From: Alphaproteobacteria bacterium
GTDB taxonomy: Bacteria; Pseudomonadota; Alphaproteobacteria; UBA6615
Length of the DNA stretch: 64,000 bases
Reading direction: 5' to 3'
Assembly: GCA_021774445.1 (NCBI GenBank)
Contig: JAJFJA010000046.1
Location: 48,562-112,561, forward strand
Below the pieces are notes generated by a model, which was not told the origin of the DNA, did not search any database, and was given only the letters and a program-made list of their open reading frames with translations. The translations under genes and the position numbers were made by a program. Of this stretch, positions 26,859 to 36,562 are shown piece by piece. The number at the start of each line of letters is the position of its first letter. Within the stretch, counting starts at the first letter, position 1.

Positions 26859-28244
26859 TCACGCCGGTGATCCACCCCGCATCTTCCGCTGCGCCAGGAA
26901 TTCGCGCCGGCTTTTCGGACCGAAGGTAAGAAAATGCGGGTCCGGGTTCTCGCGGTAGGACGCCTTGCGGCGCTGAATCCGGTCATGACCGGCGCGTTTG
27001 AGGACCTCATCCACGTCGATCCCGTAGGCGTCGGCGGCATTGAGCCCGAAGATCTGTGCCCGCAGCTTTGGCGTTATCTTCGCATAGCCATACTTGTCTT
27101 GCAGCTCATCAGAAATCTGGAACGTCCTTAGCGCCTGGATCTGATCCTGCGGCGAACCGAACCAGATGCAGTCTGAGCCATAGAGCACATTCTTCTCGCC
27201 GATATGCTTCACCAGCTTGCCGACAATATGTGCGGCATCGTCCGGATTGCGCATCGCGGAGCGCCAGGTACTGCCCAGCTCCGCATAGACGTTGCTGTTA
27301 CGTGCCACGCCGTTCTCCTCGACTGAGCGGATCAGCTCATCGATGCCCTCGCCGCGGCTTGGATCGTACGGCCCCTCCCGCTGCCCCGAGATAAAGCCGG
27401 AGTGATAGACCAGAAAATTCACGTCGGGGAACATCTTGGCGACCACCCCAATATCGGTCGCCAGGCTATGCTCATAGGAGCGCCGGCCGAACGGCAGGCC
27501 TTTATGCACGCAGATATTCTTCACGCCCAGAGACCGCGCCGTCTCGATCATCCGCAGACCGATATCATCACTAAGGAAGAAGCCGCCGGCCCGGTTTGGG
27601 CCCCATTGCGTGTAGCATTTCCAGGCCGATACGCCCCAGCGCTCGGCCAGCTCCGCCATTCCCTCCACGTCGCCATCCTGGTTCGGGTTCACCCGCCCGT
27701 GGATTAAGAGCCGCCGCGTACCCGCCATCCCGTCGATCACACGTCTCGTCTCGTCGGCCTCTTGAATGGTGAGCAACTCACGTTCGCGTTGCGACGGAAT
27801 GAAAGACAGCACCATCATGTCCGTATCCGAATCCATGAAGATGTCTTTAATGAACTGGTCGGCATCGCCCAGCCGTGAGCGCCCAATCCCGTTCCGCCCG
27901 ACAAAGTGTCCTTGTACGTCGAACACGAACTCGCGGCCCGCCAGCTGCTCGACCGCCGCATCCGGATCCACCGCTGCAATTTGATCCACGTCGAAAAATC
28001 CACCGGTGCGGCCGGCAGCGGCGTTTGCCCTATTGAACGCCAGCAGCGTACTCGCCGCCCCGCAGGCCGAAATCATGAAACTGCGGCGATCGACACCCCG
28101 GCTCCGCGCATTCTCGCTGGCCCATTCCTGTGCCAGCCGGTTTGCCCTGCGGTTGGTCTCGTCCAGCGGTATCGGTACGAACTCGCCGTTCGATGTCGAA
28201 TCCAACTTGATCGGCAGGCGTTTCCCTTCCGGATCATTGGTCAT
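26859..28244 (-). CDS. Amidohydrolase family protein with a twin-arginine-like motif
   Basis: 461 aa. The RRSFMISACGAASTLLAFNRANA segment is followed by a metal-dependent-hydrolase-like body (...VYHSGF...LYGSDC...). Confidence 0.65.
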   Translation of the reverse strand: MTNDPEGKRLPIKLDSTSNGEFVPIPLDETNRRANRLAQEWASENARSRGVDRRSFMISACGAASTLLAFNRANAAAGRTGGFFDVDQIAAVDPDAAVEQLAGREFVFDVQGHFVGRNGIGRSRLGDADQFIKDIFMDSDTDMMVLSFIPSQRERELLTIQEADETRRVIDGMAGTRRLLIHGRVNPNQDGDVEGMAELAERWGVSAWKCYTQWGPNRAGGFFLSDDIGLRMIETARSLGVKNICVHKGLPFGRRSYEHSLATDIGVVAKMFPDVNFLVYHSGFISGQREGPYDPSRGEGIDELIRSVEENGVARNSNVYAELGSTWRSAMRNPDDAAHIVGKLVKHIGEKNVLYGSDCIWFGSPQDQIQALRTFQISDELQDKYGYAKITPKLRAQIFGLNAADAYGIDVDEVLKRAGHDRIQRRKASYRENPDPHFLTFGPKSRREFLAQRKMRGGSPA

Positions 28245-28380
28245 GATGAGCCTCCCTTTACGATCGTTTGCTCATCATATGGCAATACCTCACCCAGCCG
28301 CCAAGCACCGTCGCGCATCTTCCGCAAGTCATCGCCGCGCTCGCGCTCGCAAAGGCGATGAGGAATGATTGAGAGCGGCC

Positions 28381-30123
28381 CTAGTCCGAACGATCTTTCC
28401 CCACCGCTGCCCGCGCTACCTGACGCCGGGTCTCGATAACTTGCCGGGCCGCATCGTCGGGAATCCCAGCACCCATCAATGCGACTTCGCCGAGCTGTAG
28501 GCTCACCTCCATCGTCTCCGGAATGACGTGGCTGGCACCTTTTGCCACCAGTCGCTCGGCATGCCTAACGTCGCGAGCCCGAGCGTAAATGGCGAGATCG
28601 GGCCAGTGGTGATGCGCCGCTGCGACCACGCCCTCGGCGGCCAGCGGATCATCCATGGTGACGACCAGCGCCGCCGCCCGTTCGATGCCGAACTTGCGCA
28701 ACATCTCCGCCCGGCTACCATCTCCATAAAACAGACTGGCGCCCTGTGCGCGAAATCGCGCGACCCGGTTCGCATCGACATCGAGCCCGATATGGAACAA
28801 TTCTTGTTCCCCGAGGATCGACCCCACGGTCTGGCCAACGCGACCGTATCCGACGACGATGACATGGCCGGCAAGATCGCTGGGCAGGTCTGCATTGTCC
28901 TGGCCCCGCTGTGCCTCCCAGGCTTCGACCCGGCGCGCCAGCCTACGCGCGACATGCGCAACCAACGGTGTCACGAACATGGTCAGACCGGTAACGATGA
29001 GCATGAATTGGGCGGTATCGCCGGGCACTAGGGTGAGACTCAGTGCCAGCCCAACAATCAGAAAGCCAAACTCGCCGCCCTGACCGAGTAACAGGGCGGC
29101 CTCAAGGGCGACGGAGCGTGGCTGCCGAAACAGCCGGGCTAAGGCATAAATTACCACCCCTTTGGTCAGGAACAACCCCACCACGGAAGCCAGCAGCCAC
29201 AGCGGTCTGGCACCGACTTGGCCGATATCGATGCCCATCCCCACCGAAACGAAGAAAAGCCCTAGCAGCAGCCCCTTGAAGGGCTCGATATCGATTTCGA
29301 CCTGGTGGCGATACTCCGTCTCGGCAAGCAGCAGCCCGGCGAGGAAGGCGCCGAGCGCCAGCGACAGGCCGGCCCGTTCGGTGACCACGGCGGTACCGAT
29401 GATCACCAGCAGAACCAGGGCGAGAAACATCTCCCGGCTGGCCGCACTCCCGACGAACTGAAACAGCGGCCGGATCAGCAGCCGCCCCAGCACGAGGATG
29501 ACCACGACAGCGATCAAGGCCTGGCCAATCGCCCACCCGAACGCCAGTACCGCCGATTGATCGCTCTGCGCCGCAAAAGCCGTGACCATCAACAATATCG
29601 GCAGGACGGCAAGGTCTTGAAACAGCAGGACGGCGAAGCTGAGCCGCCCGGTTGCTGTGCCAAGCCGCCGGTTCTCGGTCAGCAACTGCATGACGATCGC
29701 CGTCGACGACAGCGCGAACGCGGCACCGAACACCATCGCCGCGATCAGGGTATTGTCGAACGCCGACGCGATCGCGGTGATGACCACCCCAGACACCACC
29801 ACTTGCAGCCCGCCGAGCCCAAACACCAGACGGCGCATTGCCCACAATCGATCGACCGATAGCTCAAGGCCGATCATAAACAACAGGAACACCACCCCCA
29901 GCTCCGCCAGGGCACGCACGCCTTCCTGGTCGCCAATCATGGCGTAGTCAAGCCAGGGCGCCATATCGGCAAAACGCGCCAGGCCATGCGGTCCGATCAC
30001 TAGTCCGACCAAGAGAAAGCCCAGCACAGGACTGATCCTAAGGCGGTGGACCAACGGCACCACGACACCGGCGGCAACCAGAAAAACAATCACTTCTCGT
30101 AAGTTGAGCGTCTCGATATCCAC
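28381..30123 (-). CDS. CPA2-family monovalent cation:proton antiporter with C-terminal TrkA-N domain (KefB/KefC-like)
   Basis: A polytopic Na_H_exchanger-like N-terminal region of about 390 aa plus a Rossmann motif HVIVVGYGRVGQTVG. Confidence 0.8.
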   Translation of the reverse strand: MDIETLNLREVIVFLVAAGVVVPLVHRLRISPVLGFLLVGLVIGPHGLARFADMAPWLDYAMIGDQEGVRALAELGVVFLLFMIGLELSVDRLWAMRRLVFGLGGLQVVVSGVVITAIASAFDNTLIAAMVFGAAFALSSTAIVMQLLTENRRLGTATGRLSFAVLLFQDLAVLPILLMVTAFAAQSDQSAVLAFGWAIGQALIAVVVILVLGRLLIRPLFQFVGSAASREMFLALVLLVIIGTAVVTERAGLSLALGAFLAGLLLAETEYRHQVEIDIEPFKGLLLGLFFVSVGMGIDIGQVGARPLWLLASVVGLFLTKGVVIYALARLFRQPRSVALEAALLLGQGGEFGFLIVGLALSLTLVPGDTAQFMLIVTGLTMFVTPLVAHVARRLARRVEAWEAQRGQDNADLPSDLAGHVIVVGYGRVGQTVGSILGEQELFHIGLDVDANRVARFRAQGASLFYGDGSRAEMLRKFGIERAAALVVTMDDPLAAEGVVAAAHHHWPDLAIYARARDVRHAERLVAKGASHVIPETMEVSLQLGEVALMGAGIPDDAARQVIETRRQVARAAVGKDRSD

Positions 30124-30232
30124 CGGGCCCGTCCAATCGCGAACTACGACACCCCTATACTATGATTTTTAAGTGATGGGCCGCGCTTTCGTCGGTGCTG
30201 TATATTCGATCTTCCGCAATCCAGGTGACCAC

Positions 30233-30754
30233 ATGGCCGATCCAGCCAAAATAAAGGAAATCGCCGAACGCAATGTCCGGTTGTTGGCGGCGAAGCCGAC
30301 GCGAGGACATCTGACCGGGATCACCAAGGCGCGCATCGTCGACGGTCTCCATTGCGAGATCGAAGAAGGGCCCTGGAAGCTGACGGCCGATATGCCGCAG
30401 AAAGCAGGTGGCGAGGATAGCGCCCCCACCCCCGGCGTTCTCGGTCGCGGCGCCCTTGCCAGTTGTCTTGCCATCGGTATCTCGATGTGGGCGGCGCGCC
30501 TCGGCGTGCCAATCGACGCGCTTGAAGTTGAGGTCCAAGCCGATTTCGACGCTCGCGGCGAGTTAGGCGTCGGCGAGAACATCGCGCCGGGATATCAGGA
30601 GGTCCGCTATCAAGTGACCCTCGACAGCCCGGCGCCTGAACCCGCTGTACAAGAACTCCTTGCGGTTGCCCAGCGTCATAGCCCGTACCTGGATGTCTTC
30701 AGTCGCGCCCAACGGATGAAACCCGTACTGCGCCTCAACGGCAAAGACATGTAA
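30233..30754 (+). CDS. OsmC family protein
   Basis: About 173 aa from MADPAKIKEI, with OsmC-like patterns (...GPTPGVLGRGALASCLAIG...). The longer ORF start at 30173 is possible. Confidence 0.65.
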   Translation: MADPAKIKEIAERNVRLLAAKPTRGHLTGITKARIVDGLHCEIEEGPWKLTADMPQKAGGEDSAPTPGVLGRGALASCLAIGISMWAARLGVPIDALEVEVQADFDARGELGVGENIAPGYQEVRYQVTLDSPAPEPAVQELLAVAQRHSPYLDVFSRAQRMKPVLRLNGKDM

Positions 30755-30759
30755 CGGAC

Positions 30760-31578
30760 ATGGATCCCCGGCTTCAACGACGTGTCCAGCGCTACGGCTG
30801 GGACAAGGCGGTCGGCGATTATGAGACAGGCTGGCGCCAGCAGCTCGAACCTGCCCAGTCATTGCTGCTCGATATGCTCGCGGCGCGGCCCGGCGAGCGC
30901 GTGCTCGAGGTCGCTTGCGGCACCGGGTTGGTCAGTTTCCGCGTTATCGACGCCGTCGGCGAGCAGGGCTCGGTGGTCGGCACCGACATCTCCGGCGAGA
31001 TGGTCGAGGCCGCACGTCGCCTGGCAGCAGAGCGCGGCATTACCAACGCCAAATTCGAACGCGCTGATGCCGAAGACCTGAAACTTGATGGGGACGTATT
31101 CGACGCCGCGATCTGCGCCCTCGGCCTAATGTATGTTCCTGATCCGGTGCAAGCGCTTGGAGAAATGCGGCGGCGGCTCAAACCCGGCGGGCGGATCGCC
31201 GCGGCCGTCTGGGGGGCGCGGGCCAACTGCGGTTGGGCCGAGATATTCCCCATCACTGATGCCCGTGTGGCTTCAGAAGTTTGTCCGATGTTCTTCCATC
31301 TCGGCACCGGCGACATGCTGGCCCATTCCTTCGCCGCAGCCGGTTGCACCGATATCCGCACCGAACGCCTCGCGGTGAAACTATCCTACCCATCCGAGGA
31401 CGATGCGTTAGCCGCGGCATTTCGCGGCGGGCCGGTAGCACTCGCCTATAGCCGTTTCGATGACGCGACCAAACGAGCCGTGCACGCCGAATATCTCCAG
31501 TCTATCACTGACTATCGGGTTGAGCAGGGGTATGAGATTCCGGGCGAATTCGTCGTCGCGGCAGGCGCGAACAGCTAG
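30760..31578 (+). CDS. Class I SAM-dependent methyltransferase
   Basis: Motif I VLEVACGTGLVS and post-I/II patterns (DAAICALGLMYVPDP...LKPGGRI). Confidence 0.8.
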   Translation: MDPRLQRRVQRYGWDKAVGDYETGWRQQLEPAQSLLLDMLAARPGERVLEVACGTGLVSFRVIDAVGEQGSVVGTDISGEMVEAARRLAAERGITNAKFERADAEDLKLDGDVFDAAICALGLMYVPDPVQALGEMRRRLKPGGRIAAAVWGARANCGWAEIFPITDARVASEVCPMFFHLGTGDMLAHSFAAAGCTDIRTERLAVKLSYPSEDDALAAAFRGGPVALAYSRFDDATKRAVHAEYLQSITDYRVEQGYEIPGEFVVAAGANS

Positions 31579-32756
31579 CCGTCGAGGTAGGACGCCAGAT
31601 GCGCGCTGAGGTCTCGTGCATCGTCGCCGGCGCCATCGATGAGAGCCGATTTGCGGCGGCGCAGAAACTGCAGGCCCATGACATACATGCCCGGCGACTC
31701 AACGACCCCGCCGTCATGGCGAAGCTGCCCCTTGCGATCCAATACCGGCACCTCAACCCATGAGTAGTCGGGCCGAAAGCCGGTCGCCCAGATAATCGTT
31801 CGGATCCCTTCGCCGATAAGGTCCAGGCCAAGTGGTGGCGAGTCCTCGACCTTCGTGGGCTCGTGGCGCTGCGCCGGCTCGATCTCACCGTCGAGACCGT
31901 TCTCGGTCGCCCACTCGTCGATGGCGTCGAGCAATCTGTTCATTTTCAGGTCGGACAAGGCGCACTGGTTGCGCAGTGAGCCCGAGAACTGGGCCTTGCC
32001 ATTGCTGATCCCGGCCAGCCGGCCGACCAGCCTGACACCCATGGCGGTCAGCGCATTCAGGTCCAGCGTCGCGCGGCCGCGCGAGCCGGCGAGCTGTAAC
32101 GACGGCACGCGGCGCGCTCGCGTGATATCCTCGACCTCGTCATAGCGCTCGTCGAGCACTCCGGCCGCGTCCATCCACCACTCAAGGTCCCGCCCCCGAT
32201 AGACCCTCGGCGCCCGTATGTGCTCGCCGACCGCCAGAGTCACCGGACGTCCGGCCCGGTGAATCTCATCGGCGATCTGAGTACCGGTTGCCGACGCACC
32301 GACGACGAGCACGCCGCCATCGGCAATCTGGGCCGGGTTGCGATATTCCATCGGCGTAAACATATCAATTCCCGCCGGCACCGCGTCAGCGACCGCCGGG
32401 ACTTGCGGCACATTGCAAGCCCCGGTCGCCAGCACCACGGTACGGCACCGCCAGTCGCCTTGATCGGTCGCCACCAAATACCCTTTATCGGCATTCCGGA
32501 CCGATGTGACGGTCGTACTGGTCCGCACCGGCGCCGAGATCACCCGGGCATACTGGCCGATGAAGTCGATGACTTCGGGCATCGTCCGATACCCGTCGGG
32601 ATCGTCACCCTGGTAACCGTAGCCGGGCAGCCTGCTTTGCCAGTTCGGAGTCAGCAGGCGCAGCGAATCCCAACGCTCGGTCCGCCACGAGTTCGCCACC
32701 TCGCCACGCTCAAGCAACACATGGTCGATCGAGCGCTCGGCCAAGCACCGGCTCAT
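31575..32756 (-). CDS. FAD/NAD(P)-binding flavin monooxygenase-like oxidoreductase (true start probably upstream of 32756)
   Basis: A second nucleotide-binding motif VLVVGASATGTQIA lies inside the ORF. The first Rossmann motif TTTTVVIGAGHAGLA is encoded in frame immediately upstream of the first ATG (32757-32801). No ATG, GTG or TTG is available before the in-frame TGA at 32850-32852. Confidence 0.7.
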   Translation of the reverse strand: MSRCLAERSIDHVLLERGEVANSWRTERWDSLRLLTPNWQSRLPGYGYQGDDPDGYRTMPEVIDFIGQYARVISAPVRTSTTVTSVRNADKGYLVATDQGDWRCRTVVLATGACNVPQVPAVADAVPAGIDMFTPMEYRNPAQIADGGVLVVGASATGTQIADEIHRAGRPVTLAVGEHIRAPRVYRGRDLEWWMDAAGVLDERYDEVEDITRARRVPSLQLAGSRGRATLDLNALTAMGVRLVGRLAGISNGKAQFSGSLRNQCALSDLKMNRLLDAIDEWATENGLDGEIEPAQRHEPTKVEDSPPLGLDLIGEGIRTIIWATGFRPDYSWVEVPVLDRKGQLRHDGGVVESPGMYVMGLQFLRRRKSALIDGAGDDARDLSAHLASYLDG

Positions 32757-32839
32757 GGCTAAACCGGCGTGCCCGGCGCCAATAACAACTGTCGTGGTCG
32801 TACGAACGGTACGCGTCCTTGTCTTCTGAACGAACGAGT

Positions 32840-33394
32840 TCAGTTGACCTCAACGGTAACGTTGGTCGGATTGGTGACGATATCGTAGACCGCTGAACGC
32901 TTCTGCGACTGAGCGACCAGCGCATCGATGTCCTGCGGACTCGCGTCGGCGTCGATCTTATACGACACCTTGATGCCGTCGAAGCCGTTGCGCACGTCGC
33001 TATCGATACCGAGGATGCCCTGAATATCCATGCCCCCCTCGATCGTCGCCGTGACTGAGCGCAGCTGGATTTTCCGATGCTGAGCCACCGCCGCGACCCC
33101 GGCCGTTAGGCAGCTCGCCAACCCGACCAGCACATATTCGACCGGTGTGGCGCCCAAATCCTCCGACGCAAAGACCTCGGGATGATCCGCATCGAAGTTG
33201 AACTTGGTCGAACGATGCTGTTCCTCGCCGAGCCCGAAGAAGCTTTCGACGGTGGAATGACTATGGGTCCCGTTTTTCCACTCACAGGCCGCCCGCCACT
33301 TGAATTGCGCGGCTTCCGGTGCGGCGGTCAGTGCCTTGCGGGCGTCGAGCAATGCTTCGACATTGACCCCATTATCAACTTGAGCTTCTGACAT
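32840..33394 (-). CDS. OsmC family protein (second copy)
   Basis: I trimmed the start to MSEAQVDNG, behind GAGGGAG. OsmC-like ...ATPVEYVLVGLASCLTAG... About 184 aa. Confidence 0.7.
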   Translation of the reverse strand: MSEAQVDNGVNVEALLDARKALTAAPEAAQFKWRAACEWKNGTHSHSTVESFFGLGEEQHRSTKFNFDADHPEVFASEDLGATPVEYVLVGLASCLTAGVAAVAQHRKIQLRSVTATIEGGMDIQGILGIDSDVRNGFDGIKVSYKIDADASPQDIDALVAQSQKRSAVYDIVTNPTNVTVEVN

Positions 33395-33552
33395 TCGGCT
33401 ACTCCCTCTCTCGCTCCCCGAACCCGGGATTTCAGTTATTTCAAGGCCAGCAATGGCTTGGCACGCCACTAGAGCCAACATAAGACGATAGATCTTGCCA
33501 TCGGATAGTCAAGCGTGACGCCCTCGAAACAATCCGGCAGCAGCGGTCACCG

Positions 33553-34827
33553 TCATTGCGCGCGGCGCAGCTCGCCGATCGTCAACCCCAGCCCGCCGAC
33601 CGCGCAGGTGATCAGCGCCACCGCGGCGATGGCCGCCCGGGCCCCCAGAACCGGAATGGCAAATCCCGCGCCCAGGCCGCCAAGCGGGCCCCCGCTCTGC
33701 ATCAGCGTGCGCATGATCGCGAAGCACCGGCCGTGGAAACCCGCCGGGATAATCTTCATGCGCAAGGTCTGCCCCCAGATCGTCAGCGGCGCACTGAACG
33801 CGCCATAGAGCGCCAGAGCAACCGCTACCCCGACGGCATCGGGACTGACGGCCACCGCTGCGACCGCAACGCCGCTGAGCAACGCCGCCAGGCCGATGGC
33901 GAGGCCCGGCGGGACTGGCAGCCTGATGAAGCCAACGGCGACCGAGCCAACAAGCTCGCCGAGGGCGATACTGCCGAGCAACAGCCCGAACAGCGCCGGG
34001 CCGCCGCCGAGAACGGTATCTGCGAACACCGGCAGGACGACGAGCAACGCGCCGAGCCCCACATTGAAGGCCAGATACATCAACGTCGTGCTCACAAGAA
34101 CAGGATTACGAACAATAATCCGCGCCGCGGCGAGGAGGTCCGTCGGCTCGGCCGTCCCGGAGCGCCCGGCGTCGACGCGAGGCCGGCATCGCCACACCGC
34201 CCAGGCAAAGACGAGGTAGGAGCCGGCATCGAAATAGAGGGCCTCGAGAGGCCCGATTTGCGCGATCAACAAACCCGCAAGCGGTGGGCCAAGCACACCG
34301 CCTATCGTGTAGCCGATCGTCTCCAGCGCATTGGCCGCGTCCAGGTCGTCGCCGCTCACCAGTGCCGGCAGCAGGCTCGGCACGCCGGCCAGGGGTATCA
34401 TCATCAGGAACCCGAACACGGCGGCAACCACGAACACGTACCACAACGGTAGCCAGTCAAACGCGGCCAGGAGCGGTATCGAGATCACCACAAGCGCCTT
34501 TGCCAGCGAATCTATCGCCATGATCGCGCGGCGATCGTATCGGTCCAGCAGCCATCCAGCGGTCACACCCCCGACGATAACCGGCGCCGTAAAGCAAAAC
34601 GACAGCCAACCCAGCGACACCGATGAGCCGGTAAGATCAAACACGTACCAGATCAGTGTGGTCCGGGTAATCGCGTCGCCGAGCACCGTCACACTGAAGG
34701 CCAACCAGAAAATTCCGAAGCCACGATCGGAACGCAACGCGCGGTGCATACTCATGTCAACATCGCCAACTGCATGACGCAAACCCGTCCACCCGTTGGA
34801 GTCATGCTCTTTCATAGAACACCGCAC
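33553..34827 (-). CDS. MFS transporter
   Basis: About 420 aa with roughly 12 hydrophobic segments and an MFS-like loop (DRYDRRAIM). The start is uncertain. Confidence 0.75.
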   Translation of the reverse strand: MRCSMKEHDSNGWTGLRHAVGDVDMSMHRALRSDRGFGIFWLAFSVTVLGDAITRTTLIWYVFDLTGSSVSLGWLSFCFTAPVIVGGVTAGWLLDRYDRRAIMAIDSLAKALVVISIPLLAAFDWLPLWYVFVVAAVFGFLMMIPLAGVPSLLPALVSGDDLDAANALETIGYTIGGVLGPPLAGLLIAQIGPLEALYFDAGSYLVFAWAVWRCRPRVDAGRSGTAEPTDLLAAARIIVRNPVLVSTTLMYLAFNVGLGALLVVLPVFADTVLGGGPALFGLLLGSIALGELVGSVAVGFIRLPVPPGLAIGLAALLSGVAVAAVAVSPDAVGVAVALALYGAFSAPLTIWGQTLRMKIIPAGFHGRCFAIMRTLMQSGGPLGGLGAGFAIPVLGARAAIAAVALITCAVGGLGLTIGELRRAQ

Positions 34828-34945
34828 GAGCCGATACTGGCTGGTTTCGGACGCCTATGTTGGCGTCCGCTCGATTATCCGCGAAGGGTTTTGTAGATTG
34901 GAGAATGTTGCATCTTGATGCCGAAAGACACGACGCCAGCCGCAT

Positions 34946-35452
34946 ATGCCCCAAGCAACGAAACTCCGCTACGGCTATTTTGACAGCCCGATTGGCCCAT
35001 TACTCGTTGCCGGGGCCGATCAATTGCACCTGATTGGCTTCCCTACCGAGCGCCGGACCAAAGGACCGCGCGCCGACTGGCACCGGGACGATGCTCTGTT
35101 CGCCCATGCCTTCGCTCAGCTCGCCGCCTATTTCGCCGGCGAGCTAACCCGGTTTGACCTGCCCCTGCGTTTCGCCGGCACGGCATTTCAGAACAAAGTC
35201 TGGACGGCCCTATGCGATATTCCGTTCGGAGAAACGACGTCCTACGGTACCCTCGCCGCACGTATCGGCAAACCAACCGCAAGCCGTGCGGTGGGCGGCG
35301 CCAACGGCGCGAACCCCCTGCCGATTGTCGTACCGTGCCATCGGGTTATCGGCGCCGATAAGTCGCTGACGGGCTTTGGCGGCGGTGTCGAAATAAAGCA
35401 GTTCCTGCTGGCTCACGAGCATGGTGTCTGTATGGACGAAGCGCTCCGGTGA
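34946..35452 (+). CDS. ogt: Methylated-DNA--protein-cysteine methyltransferase
   Basis: Active-site motif VPCHRVIG preceded by ...TSYGTLAARIGKPTASRAVGGANGANP... Confidence 0.9.
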   Translation: MPQATKLRYGYFDSPIGPLLVAGADQLHLIGFPTERRTKGPRADWHRDDALFAHAFAQLAAYFAGELTRFDLPLRFAGTAFQNKVWTALCDIPFGETTSYGTLAARIGKPTASRAVGGANGANPLPIVVPCHRVIGADKSLTGFGGGVEIKQFLLAHEHGVCMDEALR

Positions 35453-35494
35453 TCAGACAACTTGTTGCCTCGACATTCGGCCGAGTGATAGTCA

Positions 35495-36175
35495 GTGGCC
35501 ATGATTCTCCGCTCGAATTTACCCAAGCTCCAGAAAATCTGCCGCGACCTGCCGCGCGTGCTCGATGTCGGTGGCTGGCACAATCCGTTTCACCTGGCCA
35601 CCCACGTGCTGGACATCATGCCCTACGAGACCCGGCAGACACACGAGGCCCTGGTTCCTGAAGATCCCGAGCGTTTTACCAGCGACACCTGGCAAATCTT
35701 GGATGCTTGTGACGGTGATTGGCCCTGGCCTGATAATTACTTCGATTTCGCGATCTGCTCCCACATCCTCGAAGATGTGAGGGATCCGATCATCGTCGCG
35801 CGCGAGCTAACCAGAGTATCGCAGGCCGGCTATGTCGAGGTCCCATCGCGCGCTCGCGAAATCTTCGTCAAGGACCGTTTCTCCAGGCTCAAGGCGCTGT
35901 TCGGTTATGGCGCCAACATCGGTTTCTACCATCACCGCTGGTTCTGCGAGCTCAGCGACGACGAACTGCTTTTCTTCCGCAAAAGCCTGGACGTAAGTCA
36001 GCACCCGTCGCGATACATCACCAGAGGCGAACTCGGCCGGAAGCTTACGGAAGCGGAATCCGGCATCTGTCTCTTTTGGTCCGATACATTTGTCGCCAAA
36101 GAAGTCATCGACATCTCCGATGACCTACTGGCGCAAAAGAAGACCGAAATTCTTGCGCAGCTGCGTCGCAAGTGA
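35495..36175 (+). CDS. Putative SAM-dependent methyltransferase (uncharacterised)
   Basis: VLDVGGW... and ...FAICSHILEDVRDP...L.RV..AGYVEVP resemble class I methyltransferase motifs. It lies in a lower-G+C stretch. Confidence 0.5.
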   Translation: MAMILRSNLPKLQKICRDLPRVLDVGGWHNPFHLATHVLDIMPYETRQTHEALVPEDPERFTSDTWQILDACDGDWPWPDNYFDFAICSHILEDVRDPIIVARELTRVSQAGYVEVPSRAREIFVKDRFSRLKALFGYGANIGFYHHRWFCELSDDELLFFRKSLDVSQHPSRYITRGELGRKLTEAESGICLFWSDTFVAKEVIDISDDLLAQKKTEILAQLRRK

Positions 36176-36226
36176 CCAGGCAGCGGCACGCTCCATAGCG
36201 AAACGACCCCTGTGATGCGGAACCGT

Positions 36227-36562
36227 TCAGGCGGTCCGATCCTGAACTACCGCTTCCGGGGCATTTTTCCTTACCGACCCGATGCCTTTTTCCCGTGACG
36301 AAGCGGTCTTATAGCTCTCGCTCGTTCCGATAACTTGCTTATTGCGGGCCAAAAGATTGAAACGGTGCTCGCCTGACTTGGTTTCGTTGCGATCGTAATT
36401 CGCATCTAACGGCGCGTTTTTCTTGACCGACCTAATGCCGTTCATCACACCCGCTCTTTGTTTATAACCTTCGCTCGCCAGGATAATTTGACCGTTGCTT
36501 GCCTTAAGCCTGAACCGATACTCGCCCGCCTTGTCCTTAAAGATCTCGAATTTTCCGGCCAT
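36227..36562 (-). CDS. yegP: YegP family (DUF1508) tandem-repeat protein
   Basis: Two YegP repeats: FEIFKDKAGEYRFRLKASNGQIILASEGYKQRAGVMNGIRSVKKNA and ...GEHRFNLLARNKQVIGTSESYKTASSREKGIGSVRKNA. Confidence 0.85.
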   Translation of the reverse strand: MAGKFEIFKDKAGEYRFRLKASNGQIILASEGYKQRAGVMNGIRSVKKNAPLDANYDRNETKSGEHRFNLLARNKQVIGTSESYKTASSREKGIGSVRKNAPEAVVQDRTA

